A stretch of 63,337 nucleotides of DNA, counting the filler, from Reclinomonas americana ATCC 50394 (Eukaryota): the NCBI GenBank assembly GCA_048213135.1. It is 14 parts of 14 records of this genome, joined end to end, with 100 filler letters (N's around TTAATTAATTAA, not from the genome) between each part and the next. Parts side by side here need not be neighbours in the genome. Positions count along the whole stretch, not along the records: positions 34,493 to 37,352 come from AFZH01019292.1; positions 37,453 to 39,858 come from AFZH01019293.1; positions 39,959 to 44,601 come from AFZH01019294.1; positions 44,702 to 46,601 come from AFZH01019295.1; positions 46,702 to 49,176 come from AFZH01019296.1; positions 49,277 to 55,771 come from AFZH01019297.1; 8 more parts are not named here. One strand, given 5' to 3'. The notes beneath the pieces were generated by a model. The model saw only the letters and a program-made list of their open reading frames with translations. It did not search any database and was not told the DNA's origin. The number at the start of each line of letters is the position of its first letter. The stretch's first letter is position 1. A program made the position numbers and the translations under genes. Positions 35,122 to 50,097 of the stretch are shown here, in pieces.

Positions 35122-38100
35122 ATGGATCGCGTCGTGCGCTCGGTGCACATTGCCGGTGAGACGCACCTCCCTCCCTTCCCACTCTCCACTCCCCCTTCTC
35201 TCACACACACTCACTCTCTCACACACACACAGATTTCGACATTGACATTGGCAATCGCCTGTCATGCTCGTACCCTGCGCACCTGCAGTGGCCCGACACC
35301 AACACCTCCTCTTCGTCTCCATCCGCCTCTCCCTCTCCCTCTCCGAGTGCGGATCGACGGACTCTGCGCGCATCGCTGACCAGTGAGCTCTTCTGGCAGT
35401 TGCACATTGATGCCGATCTCATGCCATGTTCCAAGCAAATGCTGGCCGACCTCAGTCTCCCAGGTCTCTCTCTCTTTATGCTGCTTGTTGTCTCTCTCTT
35501 CTCTCTGTGTGTGTGCTCAATGGTGGAGACTCAGAGGGCGCACATCATTTTGAGCGTGACAAGACTCTTATGACATTTGTGACTGCGGGCATGGAGACAC
35601 TGTTTGGAGTTGCTGTGTACAAGCGAGTGGACGATGCGTCGACGAGGGTTCGCCTTCTTCTTTTTTTCATCATATGTAGGCCTCTCTCTGTGTCTTGTTT
35701 TCCAACGTGCATGCGCAGCGAGGAGCGCGGCAGGCGGCTGTGATTGTGATTAGCACGTTGCCAGACAATGGGACCTTTGAGCAGGTGCTGGAGTGGGCAG
35801 TGGACGAGTACTTGCATGCGCTGCAGCATCCGGAGGAGGGCGGTTTGTCAATGTGCATCTGTGTGCTCCTGTGTGGATGGTGTTGTTGGTGTTGATTTTT
35901 TCCGAACAGCGACGGGTGAGACGGTGCTGGCGCAGTTGTATTTGGCGCTCTCGTCGTCGGTGATGCACTCGCATCAGTTGCAGCTGGTGTGTGTGATATT
36001 TGTAGTTTGTGTTGTTCGCGGCGTTGCTCACTCGAGCGTGCGCAGTGGGGTCACTCTCTCGAGTTGCATCACTCGGCCGACACGACGAGGTGGACGGGGG
36101 CGAGTCTGAGTCGTCTCGTGTGCACGTTCAAGGAGGACACCATGTTATTGTGGTACGGCGTGCTGTTGGGCTTGCGTGTCGTGTTGGTCGGTCAGCCAGC
36201 CGGCGACGTGTGTCATTTGTGTTCGGCGCTGCCGCTGCTGGCGGCCCCGCTCACCGGCTTTCTTGAGATCATGCTGCCGTACGTGCCGCTGACGTATCTG
36301 GACGAGTTCTTGATCATGCCCAGGTTTGATCTTCGTCGTGTGTGTTTGTCATGCACACCTCTGTGCGGCGGCAGCGTCCAACCTTCTTTGTTTGCAGTTG
36401 CCTGTGCGGTTCAACCAATCCGCTCTTCGAAGTGCGCACCGAGTGGTTCCACGTGTGTGGCCTGCTGCGCGAGGAGCGGGTAGTACTCTCCGACAAGGGC
36501 GGCGTGGGTGGCGGGCCTGTGGTGTTGAGTGTGAGCGGCAAGGACCGCACGTTTGTGCGCAATGTGCTGGCCGGTATCGAGGACTTGCGTGGCGAGAAGT
36601 GGTGCGCAATCTTCTCATTCAATTGCGTGTGTGTGTGTGTGACCACCCGCTCATCACCGCCACGGCACCGCAGGGTGCGACACGAGTTTGAGGAGTACAC
36701 GAGGCGCTTTTTGAACAAGCTGGCCAGAGGCGAGGGTTCGCGAGCACGCCGGCGTCTGTTCACCAAGTTGCTCGAGTCGCCGCGATTTGCCGCGTTTCGC
36801 GTGGCGGAGCAGGAGCGACAAGACGGTGGGTCGGCGACGACAGTGGCGTCGCCGGGTGCCATTCTCGGCGCGCTGCAGGCCGAGTCGATCAGTCCGCTGG
36901 ACAAGGGCCGGCGCTTCTACGACCTGGCACACTCGCTCGGCACTCTCGGCGCCATTGACGAGGCGTGTGAGGCCGACGGAGTTGAGATCATTGCCGGCCA
37001 CCTCACGGACCGCTCCTCGCAAGTGCGCAAGTACGCTGTTGAATCGCTGGCACAAATGGCGCTCTCTGTGCGCGGCCAGTTCGGCCTGCTGACATCGCTC
37101 AGAATACCCATGATTTTGTGTCTGTTGCGTGACGTGCGGCACCTAAACGTCGTGCAGGCGGCAGGTATGCGTGTGTGTCTGTTTTCAAAGCTGCTGACGC
37201 ACCTAACTTGCTCACTCGTCGTCGACACACCAGCTCTGTGTGTGTACAAGATGAGTTCGTCGTACCTCGGCGTGCGCTCCATGCTGGCACCGCCGCCCCC
37301 CACACCGTCGCCGTCACCCGTGCCGTCGTGGCGCGACTCGCTGCCAGACCTGNNNNNNNNNNNNNNNNNNNNNNNNNNNNNNNNNNNNNNNNNNNNTTAA
37401 TTAATTAANNNNNNNNNNNNNNNNNNNNNNNNNNNNNNNNNNNNNNNNNNNNGGGTGGTGCGTGCCCCCCCGACCTTGTGAGTTGCCATTCGATGCTCTT
37501 TGCTCACACACTTTCCGCAGGCGAGGCGCGATCCATTGCCGCCGAAGTCGAGCCGACCATGCGTGAATTGTGCAGTCCGTCGCTGCCGATTCGTGTTCGT
37601 GCAATGGCGGCTGCCTTGCACGAAAGCCAACAGCGCCCTGCGCACTTGCTACGCCTGGTATGTGTCGCCTCTCTCCCCCGCCATCTGAGGTTCTATGTCT
37701 CTCTGACACCGTCGACGCCGCTGCAGCTCGTCAGCGGAGTCATGGACGTGATTACGGAGAACTGGACATTCACCTCCGCCAACCACCGCCTCTACCGACT
37801 CAACTTGCAGTTGCTGACGTGCATTGTGGACACCAACATGGGTGCGCGACTCGTCGATGTGGTCACCGTCAAGCGCGTACTCCACATGCTGGTCGATCCG
37901 CCGTCGGCCGCCAATCTCTTTTACGTGCTGCGCTTCTTTTGCGTGGCCTGTCAGTGTCCGCGACTGGCGACATACTTTGCGGAGAGTCGTGGCCCCCTGT
38001 TGATGTCGAGTGTGCTCGTCGAGTGCATGAAACACGTTGCGTCGTCGCTGCAAGTTTGCTTGCCAGAGGGTTGATCTGAATGTGAGGACGGCAGCGAGTC

Positions 38101-38731
38101 TTTGAGGCTCACGTGTTTGCCGGCGCCGAGTGCCTCATGCACACATTCGTGCACTGCCCGGCGCACCAGAGCGTCGTAGCAGAGGCGTCGGTGCCGCTGT
38201 TGATGCTCCACACCGAACTGTACGAGTCCTTCACGGGGTACGAGCACCTTCTTGTGCCTCCATGCTCAGCTTCTCAACCCACTGTGCATGCAGCGACGCG
38301 GACAGCGACGGCGGCACACCTCTCCCCATGACATCGGCGACGCAGACCACGTGGAGGAGCAGAGGCTGGATGCACTGTCGCGATCGACAAGTGTCCTCGA
38401 GTTGCGCCCACTCCTCCCCTCACTTGTCTCTTTCTCGCTCACACAATTGCCAGAGTCGCAATCGTCTCTGGTCGTGCAGTCGGCCATGGAGCGACTCGCC
38501 GATCTCATGTCAGGCCACTTGCCACTGTCGGTGGTGGCGTCGGAAGGACCCGCAGGCGATCGACGGTCGGCACCTGCAGAACGAGTGCCTCGCCGTGTCG
38601 CCAACATGCACCAACACACCGCCTCCATGCCCGTGGTGGGCGCGAGTGCACGCGGCACGCTCTCTGGCGACACGGCAAGCGCACTCGTCACCCTCGCCAC
38701 CTCGACCACGGGTGCAGGCTTTCGCGGCTAA
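35122..38731 (+). CDS. DENN/longin-like (Afi1/AVL9-like) protein with C-terminal armadillo/HEAT repeats
   Basis: N-terminal HIADFDIDIGNRLSCSYP, EGAHHFERD, LWYGVLLGLRVVLVG, LPYVPLTYLD, GSTNPLFEVRTEWF; helical repeat C-terminus. Confidence 0.65.
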
Positions 38732-38833
38732 GTGAGAGACAACAGAGAGCGAGAGACATGCTGGTTCGTTCACTGGCGCAACAGTGTCTCTCTCTCTCTC
38801 TCGCTTTCCTCGCCCTCGACGACCCACTGCAGC

Positions 38834-39349
38834 TCAGTCGTGGCAGTCCACATCGGCTGCACCACTGCCCGAGGCACCAGAGGCATCGCCTGCAGCAGCA
38901 GAGGCAGCAGCAGCAGCATCGGGATCCTCACCCCGCTCCACTGCATAAAAGCGCGCCACCTGACTCACAATCTCCTGCGCCGCCGCCCAATCCTCCGTTC
39001 CCCGAATGCTCTGATCATCCTCCGCCACCGCCTGCATCAGTCCACTGACCTCTGCATAGGCCGCATCCATGCGCTCCCGCGTGTTGGCAATCATGGCGTT
39101 GCTCTCCTCCACCACCTTCTCCTGCTGTTTGATCCGCGACGCGTCCTCCCCGTCGTCACGCATCTTGCGCTCACGAGCTCGCTCCTGATCAAGCTCCGTC
39201 TGGTACATGCTCAGCTCGCGGAATGTGCTGCGTGTAGAATGCGCAACTGCTGCTCAGGCACAGAGAGCGCGCGAAAACGCCATTACACACGAGCTCACTC
39301 ACCGCTTCAACGCCGCCGACTTGATCTTGATCTTTCGCAGGTCTGCCAT
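38834..39349 (-). CDS. TBCA: Tubulin-specific chaperone A (1 intron)
   Basis: LRKIKIKSAALKRTFRELSMYQTE..IKQQEKVVEESNAMIANTRERM. Confidence 0.85.
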
Positions 39350-39463
39350 GCTTTGCGTGTGTGTGTCTCTCGTAGTGTGTGCGCGTGAGCGTGTGGACAA
39401 CTCCCCTACGTTGAAAACGTCGCAGTCGTCATGCGAGGACACTATTTTGGTCCGTCGCCAGTC

Positions 39464-39967
39464 ATGTGGAGGCGACGTCTGCTGTCGACCACTGTAGCTG
39501 CAGCAGTCGGATCAAGTCGCCACACTGCTGCCGCACCCGCACAAAGTCGCGCACCACTCTACTGCTCCTTTCTCGTTTCTGAGTCACTCACTGCTGCACA
39601 GCAGTCACTCTGTTCCGCGACTACCTCCACAACCTGTTGTACCAGCGCGATCGCGGCTACTTTCAGGAGACACAGCGACCCAAGATCCACTCTCCGGCCT
39701 CCGCACTGCCGTTCCACTCGTTTGAGTCGCAGGCGGCGTACACGGATGCCTTGCGCGAGCTGTACGCGCAGAGTGATGCGGCGTGGTTGACACCGGCGGA
39801 GCTCTTCCAGCCCGTGTATGGAGAGGCATTGGCGCGCTTTTTGGTGACCGACTTTTCTNNNNNNNNNNNNNNNNNNNNNNNNNNNNNNNNNNNNNNNNNN
39901 NNTTAATTAATTAANNNNNNNNNNNNNNNNNNNNNNNNNNNNNNNNNNNNNNNNNNNNAAGGAGTAG
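39464..39967 (+). CDS. NDUFAF7/MidA-like SAM-dependent methyltransferase; most of the gene lies in the gap
   Basis: Mitochondrial-type leader MWRRRLLST; FRDYLHNLLYQRDRGYF, WLTPAELFQPVYGEALARFL. The last codons (..AAGGAGTAG) reappear after the spacer and match the duplicated 3' fragments downstream. Confidence 0.75.
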
Positions 39968-40187
39968 TACAGCGTCGAGAGATATTGATATGTGTGCGTG
40001 GTGGGAACGACGAATCCTGTCAGTCGTGTGAGGGGTGTTGTCTGTCGTGTTTCCATCGCCGTTCGTGTTTGTTTGAGAGTCGTGTTGTGCGCGCAGAACG
40101 CTGTCCTGTCTGTCTGTTCTTGTTCTATTCTGACATTCGCTCGCTTCTCGTGGAGTTGTACCTGCGCTAGCCTTACGAACGTTTGCC

Positions 40188-42042
<1,855 letters not shown>

Positions 42043-42142
42043 GTGCACACCAACGAAGTGAATGTTGAGTTGTCCCAAATCCTGCTGCTCTTCGACTCTC
42101 TTCCGCGAGGCGCATCACACAGCGCTCAAGCATTCGCAGCAG

Positions 42143-43384
42143 ATGGGCGAAGTTGATCCCGTCACGAGTTGCGCACGATCGTACAGTGCCGCTCCACTCG
42201 AGCTCTGCATGTCATTCTCATAGATGTTGCGCAACACCTCCCTCCCTCTCCCTCCCTCTCTTTCTCTCTCTCTCTCTCCCTCTCTCCCATTCTGCGCCTC
42301 CCCAATCCTCCCATCTGCCGATGCAGACATGTGCAAGGTGCATTGGCGGCTAGTCATCCCACTCAACGAAATACGCTCACAGGCCGGCTTTGCAGGCGAC
42401 GACAGTCCACGTGCCGTGTTCCCAATGCTGGTCGGCAGGTGTGTGATCTCCTGGCAGGCACATTCATGTGGTTGCGTCAACGATGGTCGCACACAGTCCC
42501 GAACCTGTGGTGGGCTCCGAGGCATTGACCACCTACAGGCTATCGAGTCTCTCACAGCCCATCGACCGTGGCCTCGGTGCGCTCAAGTACTTTGCTTGTG
42601 CTCACCGTGACTGACTGCTGAATGACAGTCGTCGACGACGCAGTGACGAACTGGGATCACATGGAGCGCATCTGGAACTACGTCTTCTACAACGAGCTGC
42701 GCGTCGCGCCAGAGGAACATGCGGTGCTGCTCACCGATGCCGCTCTCAATGCACCGGAGAACCGTGAGCGGAGTTGATCCATGTGCATAGTGGGTGCCTG
42801 CGCGTGCCGCATTCTCATCTCACCTGCGCGGGTGGAGAGGGGGAAGCGCAATCAGCCATTTCCATACATCGCTGAGGACTCTTGCTTTTGTCGCTGGCGT
42901 GTGGATGCGACGGCTGTCGACCACTGCAGCTGCGCTCCGCAACCTCAAGCGCTTGTTCTATACGCTGCTCTTCGGCAGCGATATGGTGTACGCTCCCACG
43001 CACGCCTTTGCGGTGCTGCGCAATCTGACGCGAGTGGCGTCACGACGGAAGTTTGTGGCGGTGGACTTAACGAAATTCACGGGTGCGCTGCCGGGAGCGA
43101 ATGGACCGGTGATGCAGCGCAAGTCGAATGGCGTCACGCAAGTGCTGCACTCTTTGCTGCAGACGGAGGCGTGCGATGTCATGTTCCCCACCGACATGTC
43201 GCTGCTGGGCGAGACGCTGGCGCGACTGGGCGCCGACGTTGACGACGATGCTGAGGGGGGCGGTAACGCTACGTGCAGCACGCTGATCATGCCACAGTCG
43301 GACTACACAACTTATGTCATTATGAGTGTGTTGGTGTCGACCAATCTGCGGCATGCGGATGTGGCCAGATGCGTGAAGGAGTAG
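42143..43384 (+). pseudogene. Chimera: 5' half of actin type B joined within an intron to the 3' exon of the NDUFAF7-like gene (copy 1)
   Basis: Near-identical to 47320-48030 up to the intron after NRER, then switches to ALRNLKRLFY..GANGPVMQ..CDVMFPTD..CVKE*. The DNGS exon is degraded. Confidence 0.7.
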
Positions 43385-43641
43385 TACAGCGTCGAGAGAT
43401 ATTGACAGATGTGTGGTGGGAACGAATCCTGTCAGCCGTAGTGCGGGAGTTGATGCTGTCAGTCGTGTTTTGCCGGCCGTTGCCGAGTTGTGTGTATTTG
43501 TTTGAGAGTCGTGTTGTGCGCGCAGACAACGAGCTCGATCGTTTGCTGTCCTGTCTGTCTGTTCTGTTCTGTTCTGTTCTTTTCCGACTTTCGCTCGCCT
43601 CTCGTGGAGTTGTACCTGCGCTAGCCTTACGAACGTTTGCC

Positions 43642-44601
43642 ATGGAATATCTCCAACCACTCGTCAGTGCGTTGCTGTTGATGCTGCTGGTTGTTTGTTT
43701 TGTGTCTGACGACATTGCATTTTGTATGACATCTTGTTTGTGCAGTCGACAATGGTTCTGGTGCGTAGCTGCAATCCCGCCAGCGTTCATCATCTATCTC
43801 TTTCTCCCTGTTTCCCGATGCGGTAACTGACTTGAATGATGTTTGCTCTGTGACCTGGCGTCGGTCGACAGGAATGACTAAGGCAAGTGTTGCTGTGCAG
43901 TGGTGGTATGGTTGTGGATGTAGAGAGCAAGAGACAGCCACATGTAGTAGATGCCGGACAAGTGTTTTGATAGAATCAGCGATCGCGATCTGTGTCAATC
44001 GCCGCTCATGTTGGTTGATCTCGTTTGCGCTCCCAGGCCGGATACGGTGGTGAGGACGCTCCTCGTGCCGTGTTCCCGTCCATTGTCGGCCGGTGAGTTT
44101 GTGCGATCGCGACGCACCGTCCTATATTGGTCATTCTCACCGTATTTGTTGTTATTGAATGAAAAAACGTGCAGCCCCCGCCAGGTCAGCGTCATGATTG
44201 GCACCAACACGAAGGAGGCCTTCGTCGGCGACGAGGCCCAGGCCAAGCGTGGTATCCTGGCCCTGAAGTACCCGATTGAGCACGGCATTGGTGAGTCGTA
44301 CGCGTCGTCGTCCGAGGTTCATGCAGTTGCATGCATGCAACTCACCACCGCCATTCGTGATCGCAGTGTCCAACTGGGACGACATGGAGAAGATCTGGCA
44401 CCACACCTTCTACAACGAGCTGCGTGTGGACCCGAAGGGGCACCCCGTGCTGCTCACTGAGGCTCCGCTCAACCCGAAGCAGAACCGCGAGAAGAGTTGC
44501 GCCTCTCTCTGCCTCTTTTCCCTTTCTCTCCCCCGTTGTTTGCTAATCACACACGTCGTCCGCTACCACAGTGACCAGCATCATGTTCGAGACCTTCAAC
44601 G
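43642..44601 (+). CDS. Divergent actin (type A, copy 2), 3' part lost in gap
   Basis: [62 protein letters not shown]; same intron positions as copy 1. Confidence 0.85.
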
Positions 44602-44701
44602 NNNNNNNNNNNNNNNNNNNNNNNNNNNNNNNNNNNNNNNNNNNNTTAATTAATTAANNNNNNNNNNNNNNNNNNNNNNNNNNNNNNNNNNNNNNNNNNN
44701 N

Positions 44702-44708
44702 ACACCAC

Positions 44709-44747
<39 letters not shown>

Positions 44748-45896
44748 CTCTTCGCCTCACCAAAACCTCCCCATCTGCCCGTGTAGACATGTACAAGGTG
44801 CATTGGTGACTTGTCTCCATCGCACTCTGCAACGCTCACAATGCGTGCGAGTGTAGGCCGGCTTTGCAGGCGATGACAGTCCACGTGCGGTGTTCCGAAT
44901 GCTGGTCGGCAGGTGAGTGGTCTGCTGGCATTCACGTTCTTGTGGGTGCGCCAACGATGGTCGCACACACAGCCCCGGACCTGTGGTGGGCTCTGAGGCA
45001 TTGACCACCTCCAGGCTATCGAGTCTCTCACAGCCCATCGACCGTGGCCTCGGTGCGCTCAAGTGCTTTGTTTTCGCTCACCGTGACTGACTGCTGACTG
45101 ACGGTCGTCGACGGCGCAGTGACGAACTGGGATGACATGGAGCGCATCTGGAGCTACGCCTTCTACAACGAGCTACGCGTCGCGCCAGAGGAACATGCGG
45201 TGCTGCTCACCGATGCCGCTCTCAATGCACCGGAGAACCGTGAGCGGAGTTGAGCCATGTGCATAGTGGGTGCCTGCGCGTGCTGCATTCTCATCTCACC
45301 TGCGCGGCGGAGAGGGGGAAGCGCAATCAGCCTGTTCCATACATCGCTGAGGACTCTTGCTTTTGTCGCTGGCGTGTGGATGCGACGGTTGTCGACCACT
45401 GCAGCTGCGCTCCGCAACCTCAAGCGCTTGTTCTATACGCTGCTCTCCGGCAGCGATGTGGTGTACGCTCCCACGCACGCCTTTGCAGTGCTGCGCAATC
45501 TGACGCGAGTGGCGTCACGACGGAAGTTTGTGGCGGTGGACTTTACGAAATTCACGGGTGCGCTGCCGGGAGCGAATGGACCGGTGATGCAGCGCAGTCG
45601 AATGGCGTCACGCAAGTGCTGCACTCTTTGCTGCAGACGGAGGCGTGCGATGTCATGTTCCCCACCGCATGTCGCTGCTGGGCGCCGACGTTGACGACGA
45701 TGCTGACGGGGGCGGTAACGCTACGTGCAGCACGCTGATCATGCCGCAGTCGGATTTCATGCGCGAGTATGCCGACGTGCAAGCGACGCAGACGCGCTCC
45801 GGTTACAACCCGCTGCTGCACGACTATGTCAATATGAGTGTGTTGGTGTCGACCAATCTGCGGCATGCGGATGTTGCCAGATGCGTGAAGGAGTAG
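44702..45896 (+). pseudogene. Chimera actin B / NDUFAF7-like 3' exon (copy 2), frameshifted
   Basis: Same junction as 42143-43384. Indels near 45597 and 45667 break the frame; it retains QSDFMREYAD..TRSGYNPLLHDYVNM. Confidence 0.7.
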
Positions 45897-46153
45897 TACA
45901 GCGTCGAGAGATATTGACAGATGTGTGGTGGGAACGAATCCTGTCAGTCGTAGTGCGGGAGTTGGTGCTGTCAGTCGTGTTTTGCCGGCCGTTGCCGAGT
46001 TGTGGGTGTTTGTTTGAGAGTCGTGTTGTGCGCGCAGACAACGAGCTCGATCGTTTGCTGTCCTGTCTGTCTGTTCTGTTCTGTTCTGTTCTTTTCCGAC
46101 TTTCGCTCGCTTCCCGTGGAGTTGTACCTGCGCTAGCATTACGAACGTTTGCC

Positions 46154-47188
46154 ATGGAAGATCTCCAGTCACTCGTCAGTGCGTCTGAGTTGCTGCTGCT
46201 GGTCGTTTGTTTTGTGTGTCTGACGACAACATTGCATTTTGTATGACATCTTGTTTTGTGCAGTCGACAATGGCTCTGGTGCGTAGCTGCAATCTCGAAA
46301 GCGTTCATCATCTCTCTCTTTCTCTCTTCCTTTCATTGTCGTAGTGCATCGTGACATTGTTTCTTGTTCGTGCCTCCGAATCCTTGTTGTCAGCTTGTTA
46401 ACGTTTCCCGATGCGGTACTGTAACTGACTTGAATGATGTTTGTATCGTGACCTGGCGTTGGTCGACAGGAATGATGAAGGCAAGTGTTTCTGTGCAGTC
46501 GTGGTATAGTGTGGGTTGTAGAGAGTGAGAGACAGCCACATGTAGTAGATGCCGGACAAGTGTTGTGCCACCATAGCGATCAGTGTTAGTCGACAGCTCA
46601 GNNNNNNNNNNNNNNNNNNNNNNNNNNNNNNNNNNNNNNNNNNNNTTAATTAATTAANNNNNNNNNNNNNNNNNNNNNNNNNNNNNNNNNNNNNNNNNNN
46701 NACAGACACGTTTGAGCTGCCAGATGGACAGATGATCACAGTGGGCTCGGAGCGCTTCCGCTGCCCAGAAGCGCTTTTCAATCCGTCGCTGATCGATGGC
46801 CACTTTGATCTCGACGGCATCGACTGCGCCACGTTTCGTGCAATCCAATGCTGCGACGTGGATCTGCGCAAGGAGCTGTATGGCAACGTCGTGCTAACAG
46901 GTGGCAACACCATGTTCAACGGTGTGTAAAGTACGCGCATGTGACAATGATCTCTGTCACCCTCACTCTCTTTTTCCTTCACATACAGGGATGTCGGAGC
47001 GCCTGCAGACAGAGCTGAATACCCGCGCACCAGCGGCCATGAAGGTCAAGGTGGTGGCGCCGCCGGAGCGCAAGTACGCTGCGTGGATTGGTGGCTCGAT
47101 TGTTGCGTCTTTTGCCGAGACGGTGTGGATCACCAAGGCCGAGTTCGAGGAGTCTGGCCCGAGTATTGTGCACCGCAAGTGTGCGTGA
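46154..47188 (+). CDS. Divergent actin (type A, copy 3), middle lost in gap
   Basis: [17 protein letters not shown].. then [47 protein letters not shown]. Confidence 0.8.
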
Positions 47189-47319
47189 GGGCACCCGCCT
47201 GTGACAAGCCGCCTTGGCTGTTGTTGTACCTTCGAAGTGAATTCAATGCATGAATACATGAAAGTTGTCCCCGTCCACTTCTTCCGTGGTCCTTCTGTGA
47301 GTCCCTACACAGTGCTCAG

Positions 47320-48967
47320 ATGGGCGAAGTGGTTCCCGTCGTGAGTTGCGCACTCCCACACGGTGATGCTCTGCTCTGCGTGCCATTCTCCCTCATCCTC
47401 ATCCTCCTCCTTCAAATTCTGCAGTCGACAATGGATCATGTTGCGCAACACCTCCCTCTCTCTCTCACACATTCTCTGCGCCTCACCAAAACCTCCCCAT
47501 CTGCCCGTGCAGACATGTGCAAGGTGCATTGGCGACTTGTCTCCATCCCACTCTGCAACGCTCACAATGCATGCGATTGTAGGCCGGCTTTGCAGGCGAT
47601 GACAGTCCACGTGCCGTGTTCCGAATGCTGGTCGGCAGGTGAGTGGTCTGCTGGCATTCACGTTCTTGTGGGTGCGTCAACGATGGTCACACACACAGTC
47701 CCGGACCTGTGGTGGGCTCTGAGGCATTGACCACCTCCAGGCTATCGAGTCTCTCACAGCCCATCGACCGTGGCCTCGGTGCGCTCAAGTGCTTTGCTTG
47801 TGCTCACCGTGACTGCCTGCTGACTGACAGTCGTCGACGGCGCAGTGGCGAACTGGGATGACATGGAGCGCATCTGGAGCTACGCCTTCTACAACGAGCT
47901 GCGCGTCGCGCCAGAGGAACATGCGGTGCTGCTCACCGATGCTGCTCTCAATGCACCGGAGAACCGTGAGCGGAGTTGCGTCATGCGCATAGTGGGTGCT
48001 TCCGCGTGCTGCATCCTCAACTCAGCCGTACGCAGTGGTGAGCATCCTGTTCGACAACTTGAACGTACCGGCTGCATTTGTGCAAGTCGCCAACGTGCTC
48101 TCCCTGTACGCGACTGGCCACATGACTGGCGTCGTTGTCGACTCAGGGCACGGCTTGACGACATGCGTGCCAGTGTATGACGGCTACGCGCTGGAGAGTG
48201 GCATCAAGACGATGCCACTGGCAGGCCGCGACGTGACCGCCTACATGCAAGAGGTGTGTCGATTCCCCACACTTGTGCACGTGTGCACGTGGAGTGTCGC
48301 TAACGCGTTTGTTTACATACAGCTCCTGGAGACCGCAGGTCACACCTTCGCCACGAGGGCCGAACAAGACATTGTCTGCGACATGAAGGAGAAGATGGCG
48401 AGTGTGGCACTCTACGGAGGAGCAATGCCGGGTGTGGCCGACACAAGCTACGAGATGCCCGACGGTCAATCAATCTCAGTTGGTGCCGACGCACTTCGCT
48501 GCGCCGAGGTACTGTTCAAACCCTCGCTGATCGGCAAGGAATATGACGGCGTCCACGAAATGGCACATGCCTCCGTGATGGCCAGCGACAGCGACGTGCG
48601 CGACGAGCTGTTTGGCTGTGTTGTGTTGTCGGGCGGGAGCTGCATGGTTTCCAGTGCGTTGAAGCAGATAAGGCTTTCTCTCTCTTCTCTCTCTCTCTCT
48701 CATTTTCTTTCTTTTTCTCTCTTTTCTCTCTTCTCTCGCGTGTCTCACTGACGACCAGCAGATTTCTCCGAGCGCTTGCAACTGGAGATGACTGCTCTTG
48801 CGCCAGCCTCTGCCAAGCTGAAGCTGGCGGTGCCGCCGGACCTCATCAACGCCGCCTGGATTGGTGGGTCGCTGCTCACCTCCCTGTCAACGTTCCAAAC
48901 CAACTGGATCACCAAGGCCGAGTACGACGATGAAGGACCACGAATTGTGCGCCGAAAGTGCTTCTAG
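47320..48967 (+). CDS. Highly divergent actin / actin-related protein (type B), complete
   Basis: [96 protein letters not shown]. Confidence 0.88.
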
Positions 48968-49568
48968 CGTGCACCAAATGTATCGCAGGTTTGGCATCAT
49001 CGCAAGCAATCTTGTTCGGCGCAGACGTAATGTGGGAGGCAGTTTTGCGCCACGTAGAAGCTGTTGCAAGTCGTGTGAGACAGTCAACAAACTGCCATGA
49101 AGGGAGCGATTGCTAAGATCTCGAACTGAAAGAGAAGAGTGCGAGTTGCGCTCGCGGGCGCCACCGACGAATACTANNNNNNNNNNNNNNNNNNNNNNNN
49201 NNNNNNNNNNNNNNNNNNNNTTAATTAATTAANNNNNNNNNNNNNNNNNNNNNNNNNNNNNNNNNNNNNNNNNNNNGTAGCTCTGCGAAGATCTTGCGAC
49301 ATCTGTCGAGGAGATAGACCCAACCAGATCCTGTCATTGCAGACCTGCCACTCTCTGGAGCGACATGCAGACAATTGCAAGGAGCACATCTCGCTTCGTC
49401 TAGGAAGACAAGATCGCGTCAGATCTATCGTCTGCAGAGCAATATCTGGAGGGTCTGGTCACTTCTGAAATCGCCCGGCACCTATCCGCGAGCAAGTCCA
49501 TTTTGTCCCTGCACGGAATCAACATCAAGAGGCGACACGAGTTGATGCTTTCAAACTCAATGCCACGA

Positions 49569-50022
49569 GAAAAGGCGAGCGTAACTTTGTGCGGAAGGCA
49601 CCCATGTATCAGTAGAAAAAGTTTGAAGGCGCGCGCGTGATCGCACGAGGCTGCACATTCTTTGGCGTGACCGACACCAGCACAGAGATTTCGCAATGTG
49701 ACACCACCACCGGGGGTCGGAGGACTCTTCGCGAGAAAAGGCGAGCGTAACTTTGTGCGGAAGGCACTCACAGGTGGGTAGAAAAAGTTTGGAGGCGCGC
49801 GCGTGATCGCACGAGGCTGCACATTCTTTGGCGTGACCGACACCAGTGCAGAGATTTCACAATGTGACACCACCACCGGGGTTCAGAAGACCTTCCGCGG
49901 GAAAAGGCGAGCGTAACTTTGTGCGGAAGGCACTCACAGGTGGGTAGAAAAAGTTTGGAGGCGCGCGCGTGATCGCACGAGGCTGCACATTCTTTGGCGT
50001 GACCGACACCAGTGCAGAGATT
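49569..50022. repeat. Tandem repeat, 166-bp period, about 2.7 copies (units start 49569, 49735, 49901)
   Basis: GAAAAGGCGAGCGTAACTTTGTGCGGAAGGCAC..GGCGCGCGCGTGATCGCACGAGGCTGCACATTCTTTGGCGTGACCGACACCAG repeated three times. Confidence 0.92.
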
Positions 50023-50097
50023 TTGCACTATCAGCCATACAAGCTCGACGAGGAGGAAGTGAACACAAAACGTGTCAGCGCGAGGCACTACATTCAG

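Noticed and set aside
49569..50022. CRISPR-like repeat array
   Set aside because: Whole 166-bp units repeat with no unique spacers; eukaryotic context and no cas genes.
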